Assembly (NCBI GenBank): GCA_021823165.1
Contig: JAKAOS010000001.1
Span: 4,543 to 68,542, forward strand
Source of the DNA: Actinomycetes bacterium
GTDB taxonomy: Bacteria > Actinomycetota > Acidimicrobiia > Acidimicrobiales > JAKAOS01
DNA: 64,000 bases
Reading direction: 5' to 3'
Positions 31,470-39,876 of this stretch are shown here, piece after piece (the stretch's first letter is position 1; each line of letters begins with the position of its first letter). The notes under the pieces are model-generated. The model saw only the letters and a program-made list of their open reading frames with translations. It made no database searches and was not told the origin of the DNA. The translations under genes and the position numbers were made by a program.

Positions 31470-31961
31470 GTGGGTCCCTCGATTCAGCTCGGGCGGCAGG
31501 GTGCCGAAGAGGAACTTGTGAGTGCTTTGCTGCGAGACGGCTTGGGGTTTCGCTTTGGTCGCGTCCGGCGGCTTTTGAGAGACGGCTGGGCTGCACAGAT
31601 TTCGGATCTCGGTGTCACCCCGGTGCAGGCCATGCTCCTGCGTGCAGTGACCGAGCAGCCGGGATCGGGCCTGAGACAGATTGGCCGTTATCTCCACATT
31701 GATCCAATGAGTGCGAAGCGGATCCTGGATGGACTGGAGGCAAAAGGCCTGGTCAGCTCCAGCCAGGATCCCGCCGACCGGCGGGTCCGCCGCTTCGAGG
31801 CCACCGCATCGGGGCGGCTTCTCTCCGATCAGCTGGCCAAGCGGTCCCAGAAGTGGGACCAGTGGCTCGCCTCGCAACTGGGTGACCCTTTGCGCCAGCA
31901 CTTCTCGGATGGCATAAAGCGCCTTCAGGACGCATTGGAGCGCTCATCGGGACGGGGCTGA
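31470..31961 (+). CDS. MarR-family transcriptional regulator
   Basis: Winged-helix segment 'VTPVQAMLLRAVTEQPGSGLRQIGRYLHIDPMSAKRILDGLEAKGLVSSSQDPADRR'. Confidence 0.85.
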   Translation: MGPSIQLGRQGAEEELVSALLRDGLGFRFGRVRRLLRDGWAAQISDLGVTPVQAMLLRAVTEQPGSGLRQIGRYLHIDPMSAKRILDGLEAKGLVSSSQDPADRRVRRFEATASGRLLSDQLAKRSQKWDQWLASQLGDPLRQHFSDGIKRLQDALERSSGRG

Positions 31962-31971
31962 ATACAAAGGT

Positions 31972-32003
31972 CCGACACCGGCGCTCCAGGGCGCCGGTGT
32001 CGG
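31972..32003. terminator. Bidirectional hairpin terminator between convergent MarR and OYE genes
   Basis: 13-bp perfect stem CCGACACCGGCGC/GCGCCGGTGTCGG with a 6-nt loop, flanked by ATACA...TGTAT. Confidence 0.65.
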
Positions 32004-32019
32004 GGCTGTATTGGCCCTC

Positions 32020-33096
32020 TCAGTCCCAAGAGGTTGGGATTCTCCCATACTGCATCGGCCATTCGGGTGCTTCGCCGAGAACCTGGCGTGCCCTGCGGGG
32101 CCAGTAGGGGTCGGCAAGCATGGACCTGGCCAAAAACACCGCATCGGCCGATTGGTCCGCCAGGATTGCCTCGGCCTGGTCTGCATCTGTGATCATCCCC
32201 ACGGCAGCCGTGAGGGCCTTGGCCTCTTTGCGGACAGAGGCGGCAAAGGGAACCTGATACCCGGGACGGGCGGGTATCGCCACATCGGGCACCAACCCGC
32301 CCGAAGAGCAGTCGATGAGGTCGGCCCCGGCGGCTATTGCCAGGGCGGAGACCTCTATGGCCTCGGGGAGGCTGAAGCCGCCCCGGTCATCTGCCCAGTC
32401 CGTAGCCGATATCCGGACAAACAGCGGCAGGGACTCGGGCCAGACCTCTCGGACATCGGCAATGACCTCTGTAACCAGGCGCGACCGGTTTGCCAGGTCG
32501 CCTCCGTAGCGGTCGGTGCGCCGGTTGGAGAGGGGGGACAAAAAGCTGTGGAGCAGATATCCATGCGCGGCATGGATCTCCAGGACCTCGAAGCCCGCCT
32601 GGAGCGCAAGGGAGGCCGATCGGACAAAATCGGATCGCACCTTGGCGATGCCCTGTTCATCGAGTTCTACTGGGGTTGGATTGGAGCCAAAGGCGACGGT
32701 GGAGGGGGCAACGGTGCTCCAGGCGCCCTCGGCGCCAGAGAGGGCAGCGCCGCCCTCCCAGGGGGCGTGACATGATGCCTTGCGCCCGGCATGTCCAATC
32801 TGAATACCGGGCACCGAGCCCTGGGAGCGGATGAACCGGGTGATCGCAGAGAACTCTCCGGCCTGCTGGCCATTCCAAAGCCCCAGGTCACCTGGGCTGA
32901 TACGGCCCTCTGCACTTACCGCGGTCGCCTCGGCCATCACCAGGCCTGCTCCACCCACCGCACGGGAGCCCAAATGCACCAGGTGCCATTGGTTGGGGAT
33001 CCCATCGACCGCGGAGTACTGACACATCGGCGATACCCAGACCCGATTGGGGAACGTAGTCGAACGGATTGAAAGAGGGGAAAATAAAAGGCTCAC
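32020..33096 (-). CDS. NADH:flavin oxidoreductase, Old Yellow Enzyme (YqjM-type)
   Basis: 'NRVWVSPMCQYS', 'HAAHGYLLHSFLSPLSNRRTD' and 'GGDL'. Confidence 0.9.
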   Translation of the reverse strand: MSLLFSPLSIRSTTFPNRVWVSPMCQYSAVDGIPNQWHLVHLGSRAVGGAGLVMAEATAVSAEGRISPGDLGLWNGQQAGEFSAITRFIRSQGSVPGIQIGHAGRKASCHAPWEGGAALSGAEGAWSTVAPSTVAFGSNPTPVELDEQGIAKVRSDFVRSASLALQAGFEVLEIHAAHGYLLHSFLSPLSNRRTDRYGGDLANRSRLVTEVIADVREVWPESLPLFVRISATDWADDRGGFSLPEAIEVSALAIAAGADLIDCSSGGLVPDVAIPARPGYQVPFAASVRKEAKALTAAVGMITDADQAEAILADQSADAVFLARSMLADPYWPRRARQVLGEAPEWPMQYGRIPTSWD

Positions 33097-33137
33097 AGCT
33101 AGTTGAACGATTCAGGCCGGCTGTGTGTTCCGCGTCC

Positions 33138-34076
33138 TTATCCCCAAAGCCGAAGCATGATGCGTCCCACCTCGGTGTGTGCCCGGGTTGCCCTGATGGC
33201 CTGGGAGGCATCCTCCAGGGCCATTGTCGGCCCGCTGGGGATCCACATGCGCCCTGCAGCGATCTCCACCAGGGCTCGCTTTATGGCGTCTTTGATCCGC
33301 GCCGGGTCCTCTGCCATGCCCCCATATCCACGCCAGGTGATGTTGTTGCGGTAGATGGAGCGGAGATCGATCCTTGCCTCTGGGCCGGCGGAGGTGCCAT
33401 AGGAGACCAGGCGACCAAATGGGCTGAGCCGGCCCAGGGCCGCCGAGGTCCAATCGGCACCCAGGGCGTCGATGACCACCGAGAAGGGCCCGATCCGGCC
33501 CACCTGGGAGACAAAGGAGGCTGGGTCGCTCGCCACGAGGGGATCCGCCCCCGCCCGCTCCACGGCAACAGCCTTGTCGGGGTTGGTTGTCTGGCCGGTT
33601 ACGTGGATTCCTGTGCCGCTGAGCAGGCTGCAGATAGCGAGCCCTACGGCGCCCGAGGATCCCAGGACCAGCACCCGCTCCCCGGGCTTTGCATCCGCCA
33701 GATCCAGCCCGACTCGGATTGCGGTTGCTCCCGTGACACCACAGGTGGCGGCGGTCTCTGGCGCAATCCCCGGTGGGACCTCCACCAACGCATCAGCCGG
33801 GGCGACGCAGTACTCCGCCCAGGTGCCGTGCCGGACGGTCCCAATGCCGTGGCCGAACACCACGACATCACTGCCCTGGTACTCCCCAACCCCCTCCACG
33901 CCAAGCACCCTGGGATAGGGGGCCCCGGATCCCACCAGGCCCGCCTCGACGTAGGTGTCGAGGGGGTTCACCGCACCAAGGCGCATCCGGATGAGGCATT
34001 CACCGGGGCCGGGGGGAGGGAGGGAAACCGAAGCGATCTCCAACTGTCCCGGTGACGCCACGAGCGCCGCTTTCAT
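33138..34076 (-). CDS. Zinc-type alcohol dehydrogenase / quinone oxidoreductase (MDR family)
   Basis: GroES-like N-terminus 'MKAALV...GPGECLIRM' and Rossmann 'VLVLGSSGAVGLAICSLL'. Start set at the internal ATG. Confidence 0.85.
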   Translation of the reverse strand: MKAALVASPGQLEIASVSLPPPGPGECLIRMRLGAVNPLDTYVEAGLVGSGAPYPRVLGVEGVGEYQGSDVVVFGHGIGTVRHGTWAEYCVAPADALVEVPPGIAPETAATCGVTGATAIRVGLDLADAKPGERVLVLGSSGAVGLAICSLLSGTGIHVTGQTTNPDKAVAVERAGADPLVASDPASFVSQVGRIGPFSVVIDALGADWTSAALGRLSPFGRLVSYGTSAGPEARIDLRSIYRNNITWRGYGGMAEDPARIKDAIKRALVEIAAGRMWIPSGPTMALEDASQAIRATRAHTEVGRIMLRLWG

Positions 34077-34206
34077 CCGAGGGCCTCCTGGGGCTTGTGC
34101 CACGCTGGGACTTTAGCACCGGCTCTTTCAGAGCCAGCCGCGACGCCCGAGTCGACAGAGGGCAAGGTCAGAACCGCTGTGTTGGGGCATCTGGGGATCG
34201 CTGCAT

Positions 34207-34241
34207 ACAACATGCCCCCGGCCGAGCCGGGGGCATGTTGT
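34207..34241 (-). terminator. Strong hairpin downstream of the MFS gene
   Basis: 15-bp perfect stem ACAACATGCCCCCGG/CCGGGGGCATGTTGT with a 5-nt loop, about 60 nt after the MFS stop. Confidence 0.6.
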
Positions 34242-34303
34242 CCTGAAGTGTTGGTTGTTTCCCTATGGCATTTGCCGAGTGCTCCGGCTTGACCAAGGTT
34301 GGC

Positions 34304-35767
34304 CTAAATTGCCGCGGGACGGTGCCCGGCCGTGCCGTGGTGGTGAGTAGCGGCCTCTGCACGCTCGACCGCGCTGTGCATCTGCTCCAGGGTTGGCTGC
34401 CGGCACAGGAAGTAGACCACGACCGCCGCCAGTGCCCCGAGTGCGGCACCGAAGAGGAAGCCTCTCTCCCAGTGGAAGGTGGCGGTCCCATAGAGGGTGC
34501 CGGTCATGATCAGAGCGGCAAGTCCACCTGCAAAGCTGCCCCCCAGTGCCTTGAAGGCATAGATGGAGCCGTAGTTGATGGCGTTGTTGTTCTCCCCGTA
34601 GTAGTCCGAGACAATCGCTGCGGTCATTGGGAAGTTGGCCCCCGACAGCCCACCGGAGATGACTGCAAAGACTGCAAAGAGCACTGGCTGGTGTGCAAAA
34701 CCCGCCGCCAGGGTGGCCAGCTGGAAGACCACGTTCCCGCTGTAGGCGACGGTCATTGTCTTGCGCCGCCCGATGTATTCCGACAAAAGCCCATAGAACG
34801 GCCGGAAGATCCCATCGGTCAGGGAGAACCCCGCCACACCCGCAACAGCTGCCACCGTCCCCAGATGCATGGCTTCGGCAAAGGGGAAGTAGTAGGCGAC
34901 TCCGAACAGCGAGCATCCCACATACAACGCGAACTGGATGCCCAGCCACTTGGCCTGGGGTGTGTACCAGGTCTCTCTCAGGTTGTAGTGGTGCAGAGCC
35001 GGAGGGTTGGAAATGAGGTCCCTGGCGGTCCTGCGGTTCTTGGCCCAGTTGAGCGGGTCGACACTTGCAGGCCACCAGTTCTTGGGAGGGTCCTTCATGA
35101 AGGCACCGGCAAGGGCTATGCCCACCGTCATGATGATCCCCTGGACGATGATGAAGTTCTTCACCTGGGCAACGGAAAGCGGGATTGCACCCGAACTGGT
35201 GCTGAGGGCGCCAATTGCGATGATGAAGGGCACCGAGCCGTATGCCCAGCCACCGTTCACAAAGCCTGTCCGCCATCCTTTGCGCTCTGGATACCACTTG
35301 GCGACGATGTTTATGGCACTGGAATAGACCATGCCCGAACCGATGCCGCCGAGCACTGCGTATCCGAGATACGCAGTCCAGATGGTGGTGGACTCGGCGG
35401 TGATGCCGTAGGCGACGATTCCACAGACCAGGCCACCCAGCATCGTTGCCCAGCGGACAGGCAGGACGCCGCGGTTTCGCAGATACCCCGTCCCGATCTG
35501 GACGAAGGATTCAAAGATGACGAAAAATGAAAACAGCCAGAATGTTGGGGCTGTGCCCCAGTGGTGGGCGGAGGACAACGATCCCGAAAGTGCCCCCCAC
35601 GTATACTCCAAAAGCCCGGCCAGACACATTGCAAGCCAGGCGGCCAAGATGACGATGGCCCTTGGGAAACCGAGGATGTCCACGGGTCTTTCCCCGACCC
35701 GGAAGACTCGCCCGGTCGATCCGACAACCTCTCGGTAGCCGGAGACGGTGCCGTCTGATGCGGCCAT
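34304..35767 (-). CDS. MFS transporter, oxalate/formate antiporter (OFA) family
   Basis: 487-aa ORF with 12 predicted TM segments. The OFA-like loop 'AKWYPERKGWRTGFVNGGWAYGS' fits the family's KWFP(D/E)RRG pattern. Confidence 0.8.
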   Translation of the reverse strand: MAASDGTVSGYREVVGSTGRVFRVGERPVDILGFPRAIVILAAWLAMCLAGLLEYTWGALSGSLSSAHHWGTAPTFWLFSFFVIFESFVQIGTGYLRNRGVLPVRWATMLGGLVCGIVAYGITAESTTIWTAYLGYAVLGGIGSGMVYSSAINIVAKWYPERKGWRTGFVNGGWAYGSVPFIIAIGALSTSSGAIPLSVAQVKNFIIVQGIIMTVGIALAGAFMKDPPKNWWPASVDPLNWAKNRRTARDLISNPPALHHYNLRETWYTPQAKWLGIQFALYVGCSLFGVAYYFPFAEAMHLGTVAAVAGVAGFSLTDGIFRPFYGLLSEYIGRRKTMTVAYSGNVVFQLATLAAGFAHQPVLFAVFAVISGGLSGANFPMTAAIVSDYYGENNNAINYGSIYAFKALGGSFAGGLAALIMTGTLYGTATFHWERGFLFGAALGALAAVVVYFLCRQPTLEQMHSAVERAEAATHHHGTAGHRPAAI

Positions 35768-36184
35768 TTGCTCCCCCTAGTTTTGACTGCCCCTGCACGG
35801 TGGACCCTGCAGTGGGCCTGGTTTATCCATTCAGCCCAGCCGAGGCGGGGCCTTGTTAGTCCTGGGGACGATCCGAAAGCCAACCGGCTCATCGAGATCT
35901 GACCCTTCCAAGCGGCCTGGGCGGACCGGGGGGCAATGCCCGCCCAGCCGGTCACCGCGGTGGCGACCGGTTTGAAGTGATGGGGAGAAGGACGGCGAAG
36001 GTCTGCGCGGGACCACCCCGTTTGAACCGAGCCCTTCCAGCTACCAGACGGGCCGCAACGATGCATTCCATTTGGTCTCCCGCATGCTCAGCTTGTGACG
36101 GAGCTCAGCCTAACACAGGCGCCAAGACGCGCAAGGGTAAAGATGTGCGATGGGTCCCAATTCAGAGCGAGACAAAAAAAACTC

Positions 36185-36212
36185 TTGACTGGTATACCAG
36201 CGGCGATACGAT
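36185..36212 (+). promoter_or_regulatory. Candidate promoter TTGACT-N16-TACGAT overlapped by the perfect palindrome CTGGTATACCAG (36189-36200)
   Basis: Read directly from the sequence. It sits in an unusually AT-rich stretch (about 36120-36340) of the 705-bp divergent region. The palindrome core TGGTATACCA fits a GntR-type GT-Nx-AC operator. Confidence 0.3.
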
Positions 36213-36472
36213 TGATGCGTCCGAAGGAGAAAAGGCCATTGACGCAGTCAACAGTGATTTGCAGAAGCGGAAAGTGAAAGCGTCGGTGGCTGCAGGAAAT
36301 GCATTGATGTTAGAGGTAGAGATCGTGGTGCTTTAGGGGTGGAGCCGGAAGGCACTGTGCAAAGTCGCAGGTAGCTGTCGTAAAGGCCTCTTGAGGAGCG
36401 GACGGGCGGCCCCAGGAGTAGGGCTTTGATGACGGATCTACATTTTCGCGCTCTCGGGGAGGATGATGCCTG

Positions 36473-37543
36473 ATGGCTGTCGGATCGGTCGACGTTACAT
36501 ACCGAGGCATTTTTCAAAAGTCGCTTGCGAGCGTAATCACAAAGGCGCTGGTAAAAGCCGCCAGGCACGAACACAAGATTGGCGGGACGGTACAGCGCTA
36601 CAGCGATTCGCCAGAGCGCAATGGGATTCCCGCAAAGCAGTTTGCTGTCATTGCAGATGAGGAGACGTCGCTCCGGGTGGAGATGGCCAAATATGAGCCC
36701 GACACCGTGGTGGCGACCTGTGTGTTGGATGACACCCTGGTGAAGGGGTTGGAATCCTGGGCGTGGTATGGGGTGCAGGCGGTAAATGCCAGCCTCAGCC
36801 CCGGTGGAGTCCTTTTGGTCGTGTCCGAGCGACCCATCGAAGAACTGGCGGATTGGATGCCCAGGGCTGATTTCGATTGGCGACTTGCGGTGCTGTCGCG
36901 CAAGACGAGTTTCGCAGGCCTCTGGGTCTACAACGACGACGGTACGGACATGGAGGTTCTCGGCGCACTCTCCAGGGTGACGGGGGGCCTTGTCGCCCTG
37001 GAGAGCCTTGTCGCCACAGCCGCTGCAGGCTCCGATGCCGCCCGGCGGGCGGAGTTGTTGGAGAGTGGCTTTTCTTCGGTACAGGTGGCACCAATTAGCG
37101 CGGGGGTGGGGCGGGAATGGCCCTATGAGACCCCCGCTCTTCCCGCGTGGGACGAGATGGGAGAGGGCGTAGCGATAAGGGGCGTTCCCAAAGGCGAGCG
37201 GAACATGCTGTTCCAGAAGTTCACGACCCGGACCGCGAGGCCCGTTGTGGACTTCGATCGCTGCGTTCGTTGCCAGATCTGCTACACCGTTTGTCCCGAC
37301 GAAGCCTTCGACCCGACACCCTCGGGGCATTACGCGGTCGATTACGGCCACTGTTGCGGTTGTGGCATATGTGCAAATGCCTGCCCGGTGGAGGGCTGCA
37401 TAGAGATGGTGGATGAGCTGGCATTCTCCGACAACTCCGATCTCCACCGCATCTACGAGGCCGATCCCGAGGGCTATGGGAATCTGCGCCAGGCGGCCCT
37501 GGCTACGGCGGGTGGGCCGGTCCGGCATTACGGGATCTTCTGA
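36473..37543 (+). CDS. 2-oxoacid:ferredoxin oxidoreductase gamma-delta fusion subunit (domains III+V)
   Basis: The N-terminal ~240 aa are gamma-like, but the 'GRGGQG' loop is replaced by 'YRGIFQKS'. The C-terminus carries two ferredoxin motifs, 'CVRCQICYTVCP' and 'CCGCGICANACP'. GGGGAGGA lies ~10 nt upstream. Confidence 0.85.
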   Translation: MAVGSVDVTYRGIFQKSLASVITKALVKAARHEHKIGGTVQRYSDSPERNGIPAKQFAVIADEETSLRVEMAKYEPDTVVATCVLDDTLVKGLESWAWYGVQAVNASLSPGGVLLVVSERPIEELADWMPRADFDWRLAVLSRKTSFAGLWVYNDDGTDMEVLGALSRVTGGLVALESLVATAAAGSDAARRAELLESGFSSVQVAPISAGVGREWPYETPALPAWDEMGEGVAIRGVPKGERNMLFQKFTTRTARPVVDFDRCVRCQICYTVCPDEAFDPTPSGHYAVDYGHCCGCGICANACPVEGCIEMVDELAFSDNSDLHRIYEADPEGYGNLRQAALATAGGPVRHYGIF

Positions 37544-37555
37544 GGAGTTGGTCAT

Positions 37556-38827
37556 ATGACAACTATCGAAAAGCCGGTTTCGACCCCGGGCCCGGCAGGC
37601 GGAGGGCCCGGGTACCAAGAGGAGATCCTGACCGGTTGTGATGCAGTCGCCCAGAGCCTTCGGCTCTTGGACGTCGATGTGCTGGCTGGCTATCCCATAA
37701 GGCCCTACGACGCGGTGATGGCGACGGTGGCCAAGATGATCGCTAACGGCGAGATGGACGCCGAGTTCATCATCGCCGACTCCGAGCATTCCCAGTTCGA
37801 GATTGGCAAGCACGCCTCTTTGGTGGGAGCCAGGAGCTTCATCGGGTCATCGGGTGTGGGATGGATGTATGGCATGGAGGCACTGGTGGTGACCTCCTCA
37901 CTCCGGCTCCCGGTTGTGGCCCTGGTCGGCAACCGGGCTCTGGATGATCCCGGGGCCTTTGGCGTCGAACACAACGATGCGCTCATGGTGCGGGACACGG
38001 GTTGGCTGCTCTACTGGGTCGAGACCGCCCAGGAGGCCTTGGACATGACACTCATGGCCTACAGGGTGGCCGAGGATCATAGGGTGATGTTGCCCTGCGC
38101 CCTTTCCATGGATGGGGCGTTTCTGACCCACTCCCAGCACGTGGTCCAGGTTCCCGGTAAGGCTGCGGTGGAGCGCTTTGTGCCCCAATACGACCTGGGG
38201 GACCGCAGGCTACACCCCGACAATCCCATCTCGGTGGCCCCCCAGTTCAACGAGGACTGGGTCATGGAGGCCCGGCGCCAGAGCGACGCTGCGATGCGGA
38301 GAGTGCCGGGGGTGATAGAGGAGGCCGCAGCTGAGTTCAAAGAGGTGTTCGGGCGGGGGCCCGAGGATCCATTCGTCGAGGCTTACATGATGCAGGATGC
38401 CGAATACGCGCTGGTGGGTATGGGCACGGTCGGCATGGTTGGCAAGGTCGCCGTCGACCAGATGCGCGCGCAGGGAAAGAAGGTCGGCTTTTTGCGTGTG
38501 AAGTGGTTCCGCCCCTTCCCCGCATCTCGCCTGCGGTCCCTGCTCGGCGGACTGAAGGGCATAGGTGTCATAGACCGGGACTACTCCTTTGGCTCCAATG
38601 CTTGGGGAGGCGTCCTCTACACCGAGGTTGCGGCCGCTCTTTATGCATCTGGGAGCCGTCCGGTGGTGGTCCCCTTCATAGCGGGGCTCGGGGGCAGGGA
38701 GGTTTCGGTGCAGAACATGGTCGAGATACAAGGTGTTGTCGAACAACACATCGCATCGCAGCCGGCCGAGGTCGACTGCCACTGGATAGGCGTTCGCGAA
38801 CATGTTGGCAAGGGGGGTGAGCGGTGA
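37556..38827 (+). CDS. 2-oxoacid:ferredoxin oxidoreductase alpha subunit (oxalate-oxidoreductase-like)
   Basis: PorA-type domains I+II with 'SEHSQFEIGKHASLVGARSF' and 'RLPVVALVGNRAL'. It reads 'GYPIRP' instead of the usual 'YPITP'. Confidence 0.88.
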   Translation: MTTIEKPVSTPGPAGGGPGYQEEILTGCDAVAQSLRLLDVDVLAGYPIRPYDAVMATVAKMIANGEMDAEFIIADSEHSQFEIGKHASLVGARSFIGSSGVGWMYGMEALVVTSSLRLPVVALVGNRALDDPGAFGVEHNDALMVRDTGWLLYWVETAQEALDMTLMAYRVAEDHRVMLPCALSMDGAFLTHSQHVVQVPGKAAVERFVPQYDLGDRRLHPDNPISVAPQFNEDWVMEARRQSDAAMRRVPGVIEEAAAEFKEVFGRGPEDPFVEAYMMQDAEYALVGMGTVGMVGKVAVDQMRAQGKKVGFLRVKWFRPFPASRLRSLLGGLKGIGVIDRDYSFGSNAWGGVLYTEVAAALYASGSRPVVVPFIAGLGGREVSVQNMVEIQGVVEQHIASQPAEVDCHWIGVREHVGKGGER

Positions 38828-39876
38828 TGGCGACAGTCGCGGAGGCATTGGCGGACCTGTCGGTCGGGCGGCGGCTGAAGGTGCTGCCGCTCGAGGAGCT
38901 GTACACCTCGGGGCACCGGACCTGCCAGGGTTGTGAGTCGGCCCTCGTTATGAGGTATATGGCCAAGGTGGCAGGGCCGCGTACGGTGGTGACGGGCACC
39001 ACGGGGTGTATGTATGTGGCCAACACCAGCTACAACTCGACCCCCTGGGTGGTGCCCTGGGCACACACCCAGTTGGGAGCGGCGGGTTCCTCGGCCCTGG
39101 GCACTGCGGCGGGCCTGGAGGCGCTCATGCGCAAGGGCAAGATCCCCAGGGAGAAGATCAATGTGATCGCCTTCTGCAGCGACGGAGGCGGCGGTGACAT
39201 GGGGCTGTCGGGAATCTCTGCGGCAATGCAGGACACCCGTTACAACCTTTTGATCCTGCTCTATGACAACGAGTCCTACGCCAACACCGACATCCAGGCC
39301 TCCGGCATGACCCCCTGGGGTGCGGTCACCTCCTTTACCCCTTCGGGCACCAAGAAAAAGATCAGTCAGCACCGCTGGAAGAAGAACGTGCCCGCATTGC
39401 TCATGGCAGGGCACCCCCAGGGCCGCTATTTCGCCTCGGCCTCCTCGGGGTTCGGAATGGACCTCATGGAAAAGGTCCGCATCGCGCTGGACGTTGGAGG
39501 CCCCACATTCGTCCAGACCCACGACCCCTGCCCCAAAGGCTGGGACTTCGATCCCCGGCGCTCCCATGAGTTGGCCATCTTGGCCGTGGAGTGCGGGATA
39601 ACGGTGCTTTGGGACTTCCTGGAGGGTGAGCTTCGCTACCAGGGCGTCACCCGCCAGTTGGTGGAAGGCGCGCTGAAACGTCGCCCGGTGGCAGAGTATT
39701 TGCAGATCCAGGGCCGTTTTGCCCACTTCGGCGACGAGGAGATCGACTACTTCCAATCCCAGATCGACGAGATGTGGGAGCAGTGGCTGCTTCCGGGTGT
39801 GCTGCCGGCCACCGCCATACCCCAGGAGTTGGAACTTGGCACGGCCGCTGGCCGGGGGAGGTCGGAGGATGTCTGA
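38824..39876 (+). CDS. 2-oxoacid:ferredoxin oxidoreductase beta subunit (TPP / [4Fe-4S])
   Basis: Cluster Cys residues 'HRTCQGC', 'TTGCMYV' and 'HDPCPKGW'. TPP-Mg motif 'CSDGGGGDMG...YDNESYANTDIQ'. GTGA overlap with alpha. Confidence 0.88.
   Translation: MMATVAEALADLSVGRRLKVLPLEELYTSGHRTCQGCESALVMRYMAKVAGPRTVVTGTTGCMYVANTSYNSTPWVVPWAHTQLGAAGSSALGTAAGLEALMRKGKIPREKINVIAFCSDGGGGDMGLSGISAAMQDTRYNLLILLYDNESYANTDIQASGMTPWGAVTSFTPSGTKKKISQHRWKKNVPALLMAGHPQGRYFASASSGFGMDLMEKVRIALDVGGPTFVQTHDPCPKGWDFDPRRSHELAILAVECGITVLWDFLEGELRYQGVTRQLVEGALKRRPVAEYLQIQGRFAHFGDEEIDYFQSQIDEMWEQWLLPGVLPATAIPQELELGTAAGRGRSEDV

Noticed and set aside
35977-36336. 119-aa ORF, and short ORFs such as 36095..36277, inside the transporter/OFOR divergent region.
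   Set aside because: There is no SD sequence. The composition is basic and low-complexity, with a GC change part-way through, and no domain is recognisable. The region is more plausibly promoter plus leader.
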